A stretch of DNA of 64,000 bases from NCBI GenBank assembly GCA_038231435.1, contig JBBRLJ010000010.1:32001-96000 (forward strand), in the 5' to 3' direction. Numbering within the stretch: position 1 is the stretch's first letter; every line of letters starts with the position of its first letter. The DNA is from Planctomycetota bacterium (GTDB lineage Bacteria; Planctomycetota; UBA11346). A program made the translations under genes and the position numbers. Shown here in pieces: positions 59,501-64,000 of this stretch. The notes below the pieces were generated by a model. That model saw only the letters and a list, made by a program, of their open reading frames with translations, searched no databases and had not been told where the DNA came from.

Positions 59501-61267
59501 CCGTTCCCGTTCCCGTTCCTGTGGGGTTATTTCTTCGAGGAGGAGGGCAAGACTCTCGCCTATTGTTATACCAAGGAGGATCGCTGGGTCTCGGCGGTGA
59601 TCGATCCGGCCACCGGGCAAGCGCAGTTCCAGGAGATCACCGCGGGGGGCAACGGCACCTGGGACCAGAAGCACCTCTACGCGTTCCATCTGAACCACGG
59701 GCACCTCGTGCGCTTCGAGTGGGAACGCAAGGGCAAGAACGGCATCATCGGCAAGAACCTCGCCGACGCGAAGGAGGCCTGGTTCGTCGAAGGCCGCGAA
59801 GGTTGGAACATGAAGTACCACGAGCAGGTGATGCTCGACAAGTACGTGGTGATCTTCCGCACCCAGGCCGAGGGCAGTTTCGACTACCAGGTCATCGATA
59901 CCGAGACCGGTCAGGTCTCGGCGACCGGCCAGGCTCCCGGTTGGCCGGAAGACGAGGGCATGCCGGCCATGTCATTGGCCGGGGTCGTGCTCTATGGGAC
60001 GCAGCAAGGGCTCTTCGCCCTGGTGCCGACCACTCCCGAAGCCGCGCGCGAATCGAGCGGCGGCGAAGGATCGGTCTCGGCCCAGGCCATGTCCAAGCTC
60101 TCGGTGCTGCCGGCACCCGGCGACATGGCGATCGACGGGAATCTCGACGATTGGAAGGACGTGGTCGGCGTGGACATCGCCTCGGCCGCCGACGTGCGCG
60201 TCATCGGCGATTCGCCGGCCAAGGGCGCGAAGCGTTGGAGCGGCCCGATGGATTGCTCCGCCAAGGCCAGGGTGTGCTACGACGCGGCGAACGTCTACGT
60301 CTCGGTCCACGTAGCGGACGATCGCCACGTCGATCCGGTCCCCGGCGCGAGCCTGCTGACCGGTGATTGCGTGCTGCTCGGCATAGATCCGCAAGAGGAG
60401 CGTTTCCGCGGCAGCGCATCGCCATTAACGCTCGCCCTGGCGTTGGTCGATGGACGGCCGCAGATGACGGTGCTCAGCGGCGCATTCGCGTCAGCGCCGG
60501 CCGACGGCCAGGCGAACGACCAGTCGGCCGATCGCGCGACGATGCGCATCGCGGCGGATGCGGTGGGCATGGTCTATGAGATCGCCTTGCCCTGGACCTC
60601 GCTGCGCGCCAATCCGGCGAAGCGCCCAGGCGATCTGAAGGGCATGCGTATCGGCGTGGCGGTGATCGACTGGGACGGCGACGCACCCGCGAGCGCGATG
60701 GAGATGGGTCACGGTCTGGTTCATGGCATCGATCAATCGCTGTGGAGGCCGTGCATCTTCACCACCGACAAATCCGACCTCGACGGCATGGCCTTCAGCC
60801 TGTGCGACGGACGCGCGACCTGGGGCAAGGCCGGATCGTTCCGCGGCAAGAAGGAGACCGTGTGGATCGAGGACGCCTTGCCCAAGGGCGCCAATCCCGC
60901 CAGCGACGGCGGTGACGACTGGAAATGGGTGAAGGTGGATCCCCCGCCGTTCTCTGGCAGCCAATCCCATCAGTCGAACATCGGCGTCGGCGAGCATCAG
61001 CATTTCTTCACCTCGACCGCGCCGCTGCGGCTCAAGGGCGGCGAGACGCTGTTCGCCTACGTCTACCTCGACCCGAAGAACCCACCCACCGAGATCCTGC
61101 TGCAGTGGAACAAGGGAGGCAGCTGGGAGCACCGCGCGTATTGGGGCGAGAACAAGCTGGGTTGGGGTGGAGACGGCAGCCCTGCCCGCCATCCAATGGG
61201 CCCTCTGCCGCCCACCGGGACATGGGTGCGCCTGGAGATCCCCGTCGAGGCGGTCGGGCTCGAGTAG
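53567..61267 (+). CDS. Giant exported multidomain protein (2566 aa): beta-sandwich, two PA14-like domains, TPR-like helices, PQQ-type beta-propellers, CBM9/DOMON-like domain, C-terminal beta domain
   Basis: Signal peptide; WMVLGP...LYLNG and FAVAGP...GADDGLVLWFNG...QGGGGWGF; helical repeats; many ALDxxTG.xxW repeats; IDGNLDDW...YDAANVYVSVHVADD...YEIALPW; WIEDALP...WEHRAYWG. Confidence 0.8.
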   Translation: MRTLGFYATALVISMSLFVSFGGIGSATDLTWDGVNGDKAPDGWDLHRSAESKGTIHVEDGALALTAEIGRYAHLDRQLKGMDGSDETPLRVECSVAIDDGAGIGDRPAMIALYWGGAASIGIGIGDGGEKGREGDAVRRRAWLCTVVGGKAEQKPTEAWFYPGQAAGHLRLVATARDVSAFASKDGWSWQRVASFERTKDFSGPPERVIVGRGWSPEKDAKPFLDNDGTPGTTPGKTADLFVYSFSQLLVSNSPPSVPAALLKTYQKKESLEETMDTIAAAGAVRQWMVLGPLAASPKAYGPETAYDPTATLEVIGPKKGWNPFVPGESPTDRIIILSDVIPGAGPDSVRFAEATIVADAPRLERFLFDGMREIRLYLNGREIAQDRRDNGEVQLERLSVTAPLRKGENHLVVKLLSGQTSRAVFTLRHENGDPRYRIALLKRLAIDFAEEGEGLISSQLEISRLWENQGFVREAAAALDEVAKNAEASPEQIDAALIERARLHRALRDEAKVSSDVEELTKRWVEGSGTDPVAARLKAAHLWERMEQPAKAAEALEQAATAAGVDAEQQVEIGLERARVHFRLGDQDAITADLRSIAKRLPETDPRRIDFLVAAIQRDVRATKPVDDALGGIDVTKASATALRNLAALNLKRNDAPRRLAALKALAASPAQMAIDAADVACAEAIIAAKGDDKQAAELYRKAISALPSATLPGVEARVKAGTGADPKALGALRSAWVRATLADTEAGAALLAEIDTISAAGSKARPLPSEVRSFAVAGPIDNANWRCYEAAFLDQNVHPSKVDITKPVEGKPWQVPGPQFWGNGYLDIAAMYNPGNCCAFAYTEIDVVDDVDTELSMGADDGLVLWFNGEKKHEDRDQRGVTPDSIVIPVHFKKGKNSILAMIQQGGGGWGFQFRIKGGTSAGDIAGALSLLDAHPEARADAVPSLAAAFENLIRSDRYAQGVALGRMIIRAFPDFSATQFTVAWRLAEQAKVHNDAATLADIPACIDSSTEALVPERDVQVRDLRYNVGSQLSEWGRFDAGMTTLRSLMRTQFDWATQVLSLYGLGELYRHAGYPRLAASFYTKAVALGVTDDWWVRTLHEAQMRVRLPKGEKAMFEISFEANALLRTADRAAASGDVERAVVSYQKAIEDFGPQLCQSANGRYLSVSGYCAQRIRALGDVAIASYGEHFDGRAKAMLEAASVEGQPDAFERVALAYPLAKSSASALSQAADGYLDAGAWSLALATFERLLAESSDPELPRPLLLAKAARAAAGAGDRAGFARIKAALEKIGGVLTIGGKAVDAKIYLGEAARLLPAPPAAAADPVITTTSILATFPVPVIDMRDARRFSYGKDVQIACRPAIDHGVAYIHTLEDSFALDLATGGLRWRAAVNFPALRHPHRSASFLGLPEATTALGGGKALVRVARGRSMVIDARDAGTGAMAWSTEGIPQLAGMYASSSPTIADGRVYALFVDQNRAYAAAFALESGNLLWLSPVTSRRATLPVSADLEVFVGGNAAPPTCVGRDLYVATDLGAVSCIDAANGAVRWVATYPRAVLDWTDWSALLPLMNRAPTRVLADESRIYLAPHDSLSVISFQRGSGDPAWKIELSECRQILGFAGAGRLLLQGQGLEAVDAATGARVWRWQPRAGDGPTLGTAAIGASSIYVATPKGLSRVAIASGMTEDFRTWKDLGSGGLIPGNLQIVGDGLIGTGNGVVVSLSSGKGAVVQPVRVAGGLARDVTISAATLPAAPPGSPLGLSWNLGGEAVEKIERPPGCAPGECFVRFEQSIARVDVANRKVLWRAPITSDVRWCTYNKGMVLIVHRFSLTALDRETGELLWMADIGDYFLDALKEDGDPPVVVLGEDAVLVYRVYWHRSVSILSLATGANIGRFDLDGGVLAATTKGGHVFTAVRRDNAVYIDERDLARPGGQLAAHEMQKPGDRDNATLVGTDAIIVQNAGQATRFDLATKKAAPFPFPFLWGYFFEEEGKTLAYCYTKEDRWVSAVIDPATGQAQFQEITAGGNGTWDQKHLYAFHLNHGHLVRFEWERKGKNGIIGKNLADAKEAWFVEGREGWNMKYHEQVMLDKYVVIFRTQAEGSFDYQVIDTETGQVSATGQAPGWPEDEGMPAMSLAGVVLYGTQQGLFALVPTTPEAARESSGGEGSVSAQAMSKLSVLPAPGDMAIDGNLDDWKDVVGVDIASAADVRVIGDSPAKGAKRWSGPMDCSAKARVCYDAANVYVSVHVADDRHVDPVPGASLLTGDCVLLGIDPQEERFRGSASPLTLALALVDGRPQMTVLSGAFASAPADGQANDQSADRATMRIAADAVGMVYEIALPWTSLRANPAKRPGDLKGMRIGVAVIDWDGDAPASAMEMGHGLVHGIDQSLWRPCIFTTDKSDLDGMAFSLCDGRATWGKAGSFRGKKETVWIEDALPKGANPASDGGDDWKWVKVDPPPFSGSQSHQSNIGVGEHQHFFTSTAPLRLKGGETLFAYVYLDPKNPPTEILLQWNKGGSWEHRAYWGENKLGWGGDGSPARHPMGPLPPTGTWVRLEIPVEAVGLE

Positions 61268-61352
61268 CCTGCCACGGGTCTGGTAAGCCGGAGGGGACCA
61301 GGGCTTGGCCTTGCGCGGATGGCCATAGCATCCCACCCACCCGGAGATCCTC

Positions 61353-62171
61353 ATGAAGCCGTTGCTCGCCGCGATCCTCGTCCTGTCCCTCGTCGGTTGT
61401 GGTTCGACCACTCCGTCTCCCGCTCCCTCGGCTGCGTCGTCCACGACGCTCGCCGCGCCCGCCACGACGGCGCCGGCAACGCCCGCTACCGCACCCACTG
61501 CTCCGGTCGTCGCCTCGTCCGAGGCCGCCCCAGCGGCAGCCCCGGCTCCCGGCGTGACGGCGCCCGTCGACACGGTGAAGGAGGCAGCTCCCGCTACCGC
61601 TCCGGCCGCTCCAGCCGCCGAGGTCACGGCCGTCAAGCCCAAGGACGAAGCCCCGGCTCAGCCCGCCGCCCTGAAGGACGTGGTCCACGCCACGGTGCAC
61701 ACCACCGCCGGCGACATCCATGTCGATCTCTTCCACAAGACTGCGCCGATCAGCGTCGAGAACTTCGTCAAGCTGACGCGCGAGAAGTTCTTCGATGGTC
61801 TCGCGTTCCACCGCGTGGTCGCCGGCTTCGTGGCTCAGGGCGGCGATCCGAACACCAAGGAAGGCGCGACCGGCCCAGTCGGAAACGGCGGCCCCGGCTA
61901 CACCATCGCCGCCGAGGTCGGTCCGTCGAATCCCGAGAAGCACACCGCCGGGACCCTGGGCATGGCCGATTCCGGTCCCGGCACCGCCGGCAGCCAGTTC
62001 TACATCACGCTCGCGGCGACTCCGCACCTCGATGGCCGCTACACCGTCTTCGGGCGCGTCAGCGCTCCGAAGGACCTCGAGGTGGCCAAGAAGATCAAGC
62101 GCGGCGACCGCTTCAGCGTGACCATCGACGACGACGCTCCAGCCGCCGCGACGCCAGCGCCTAAGCCCTGA
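61353..62171 (+). CDS. Cyclophilin-type peptidyl-prolyl isomerase lipoprotein
   Basis: Lipobox LVG-C; Ala/Pro/Thr linker; FHRVVAGFVAQGGDP, GPGYTI, GTLGMA, GSQFYIT, HLDGRYTVFGRV. Confidence 0.92.
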   Translation: MKPLLAAILVLSLVGCGSTTPSPAPSAASSTTLAAPATTAPATPATAPTAPVVASSEAAPAAAPAPGVTAPVDTVKEAAPATAPAAPAAEVTAVKPKDEAPAQPAALKDVVHATVHTTAGDIHVDLFHKTAPISVENFVKLTREKFFDGLAFHRVVAGFVAQGGDPNTKEGATGPVGNGGPGYTIAAEVGPSNPEKHTAGTLGMADSGPGTAGSQFYITLAATPHLDGRYTVFGRVSAPKDLEVAKKIKRGDRFSVTIDDDAPAAATPAPKP

Positions 62172-62304
62172 TCACCACCATCCCTCGGCAGCCGGCGGCG
62201 GTACCCTCCACACACACGTGGAGGGAGGATCGCCTTCCTTCCATGGATGTATTCCATCGACGTCTTCGATCGCCGCGTCTAACCAGCCTGCCGAAGGGAA
62301 TCAC

Positions 62305-63246
62305 ATGCTCATCCGCCTGCTCGCGCTGACCGCCCTCGTCCTTCCCATGGGATGGAGCGCCGATGCGGTCGCTCCGGCGAAGCTCAGTGAGGACGCGATC
62401 ACCGCCAAGCTCCAGGAGACCCAGAAGTCGCTCCAGGCGCTGCACCTCCAGCAGGGGCAGTCGGTCGCGCCCGAGAAGGTCCAGCAGCAGATGGGCGAGC
62501 TCGATGCCATGATCGAGCAGGCCGCGGATCCGCTCGGCGAGGCGGCCATCGGCGCGCGCCTGATGCGTTCGCAGGTCTTCCAGGTCACCGGCCAGGGCGA
62601 CAAGTGCGAGGCCGAGCTCAGATCCGTGATCGCCGGAGGTGGCGCACCCAAGGGCCTCGCCGGCGCCTACTACCTGCTCGCCATGCAGTACAGCCAGGCC
62701 GACGGCAAGGAGGCCGAGATCGTCAAGCTCGCCGAGGATGCAGAGAAGGCCAAGATCGATCCCGAGGTGCTCGGCGCGCTGCAGGGCATGGCGAAGCAGG
62801 CGGCGATCGCGCCCGGCAAGCCGTTCCCCGACTTCTCGTTCACCGATCTCGCCGGCGCGCAGCACGCCCTTTCAGAATTCCGCGGCAAGGTGCTGCTGGT
62901 GGATTTCTGGGCGACCTGGTGCGGGCCATGCGTAGGTGAACTGCCCAACGTCAAGGCCGCCTACGAGGCGTACCACGCCAAGGGCTTCGAGATCGTCGGC
63001 ATCAGCCTCGACAAGGATCGCGCCAAGCTGGACGCCTTCCTCAAGGACAAGGGCATCCCGTGGACGCAGTCGTTCGACGGCAAGGGCTGGGAGAACGCGA
63101 TCGCCATGCAGTTCGGCATCCACTCGATCCCGGCGACCTTCCTGATCGATTCGGAGGGCAAGCTGATCGCCAAGGACGTGCGCGGCGAGGAGCTGAAGGC
63201 CGCGGTCAAGAAGGCCGTCGAGGCGACGCCCGCATTGTCGAAGTGA
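62305..63246 (+). CDS. Exported TlpA/ResA-family thiol-disulfide oxidoreductase
   Basis: Signal peptide; helical N-domain; GKVLLVDFWATWCGPC, GISLD, IPATFLID. Confidence 0.92.
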   Translation: MLIRLLALTALVLPMGWSADAVAPAKLSEDAITAKLQETQKSLQALHLQQGQSVAPEKVQQQMGELDAMIEQAADPLGEAAIGARLMRSQVFQVTGQGDKCEAELRSVIAGGGAPKGLAGAYYLLAMQYSQADGKEAEIVKLAEDAEKAKIDPEVLGALQGMAKQAAIAPGKPFPDFSFTDLAGAQHALSEFRGKVLLVDFWATWCGPCVGELPNVKAAYEAYHAKGFEIVGISLDKDRAKLDAFLKDKGIPWTQSFDGKGWENAIAMQFGIHSIPATFLIDSEGKLIAKDVRGEELKAAVKKAVEATPALSK

Positions 63247-63280
63247 CCGGCTGCGGCGGCTCTGCCCGCCATAAGCGCGT

Positions 63281-64000
63281 TCAGGCCTTGGTCAGAGCCT
63301 TGGTGATGGAATAGAGTACGGGCGTGCCGTTGAGGTCGCATGCCGTGGCTCCGGTAGGCGGCGCAGCGTCGCGCGCGAAGTCGCTGGCCAGGACCTCGTC
63401 AGCGATGTACCGAGCGTGCTCCTCGATCGCCGCCGCCACGTCGGCCGAGGTCCCGTGCCAGCGCACGACAATGCGATCGGAGACCTCGAGTCCCGCGGCC
63501 TTGCGTGCCTGCTGCAGCGCGCTGACGAACTCGCGGGCGATGCCCTCGCGCACCAGGTCGGGCGTGAGCACGGTGTCGAGCACGACGGTGACCGCGCCCT
63601 CGCTGGCCACCAGCGCACCTTCGGCGGACGAGCGCTGCAGCAGCACATCGGCGAGCGCGAGCGGCTCGCCGGCCACGACGATGCGTTCCCCGGCCTCGAG
63701 GCGGGAGACCTCGGCATGCCCCCAGCGCGCGAGCTCGGTACCGATGTCCTTGAGCTTGGCGCCGGCGCGCGCGCGCAGCTCCTTGAAGTTGGGCTTCACG
63801 CTGATTGCGCAGAATGCGGCCTCGTCCAGCGAGGTCTCGACGCGCTTGACGTTGAGCTCGTCGGCGATCTGCGCGCCGTGCCGCACGGCCGCGGCTCGCA
63901 CACTCGCGTCGCGGCTGACCACGATCAGCCGCGCCAGCGGTTGGCGGACCTTGAGCTTGTGGTCCTCGCGCTGCTTGCGCCCGAGCCCGACGACGGTCCG
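63281..64000 (-). CDS. ileS: Isoleucyl-tRNA synthetase (IleRS2 type), C-terminal part; 5' end outside the window
   Basis: GLGRKQRE..KLKVRQPL, IADELNVK, KPNFK.L, VVLDT.LTP.L.REG.ARE.V..LQ..RK.AGLEVSDRI, YIADEVLA. Confidence 0.88.
   Translation of the reverse strand, partial: RTVVGLGRKQREDHKLKVRQPLARLIVVSRDASVRAAAVRHGAQIADELNVKRVETSLDEAAFCAISVKPNFKELRARAGAKLKDIGTELARWGHAEVSRLEAGERIVVAGEPLALADVLLQRSSAEGALVASEGAVTVVLDTVLTPDLVREGIAREFVSALQQARKAAGLEVSDRIVVRWHGTSADVAAAIEEHARYIADEVLASDFARDAAPPTGATACDLNGTPVLYSITKALTKA

Overview
A very GC-rich, gene-dense bacterial chromosomal window. Its gene content (MoxR/DUF58/BatA-vWA/prenyltransferase-repeat/NPCBM/PQQ-repeat cluster, many exported multidomain proteins, a Hanks-type Ser/Thr kinase) suggests a PVC-superphylum organism, probably a planctomycete (inference). 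From left to right: (1) 1-10.1 kb, a putative lysine-catabolic neighbourhood with lhgO (missed by the ORF track), a PhyH dioxygenase, an ALDH7/P6C dehydrogenase, a lysine-6/saccharopine dehydrogenase, an unannotated protein with HglS/DUF1338-like metal motifs and a LarA-superfamily racemase; (2) tesA-ybbA-ybbP-like genes, a kinase, two different uracil-DNA glycosylases, an ABC exporter, CBS protein, amidohydrolase, exported glutathione peroxidase and several orphans; (3) tRNA-Val(CAC) and an AKR-AKR-modABC operon; (4) a chimeric beta-helix/PA14/GH5-like exported enzyme, a second PhyH dioxygenase, an AraC regulator and an SGNH hydrolase; (5) a co-oriented MoxR-centred envelope cluster of about 23 kb ending in a 2566-aa multidomain protein, a cyclophilin and a TlpA redoxin; (6) the 3' end of ileS. 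I saw no integrase, transposase, rRNA or CRISPR array. The best candidates for undescribed biology are a lysine -> 2-oxoadipate -> D-2-hydroxyglutarate -> L-2-hydroxyglutarate -> 2-oxoglutarate route using a divergent HglS-like enzyme plus a nickel-pincer racemase, and the MoxR-linked envelope machine. All domain calls were made by eye from motifs; no database search was run.
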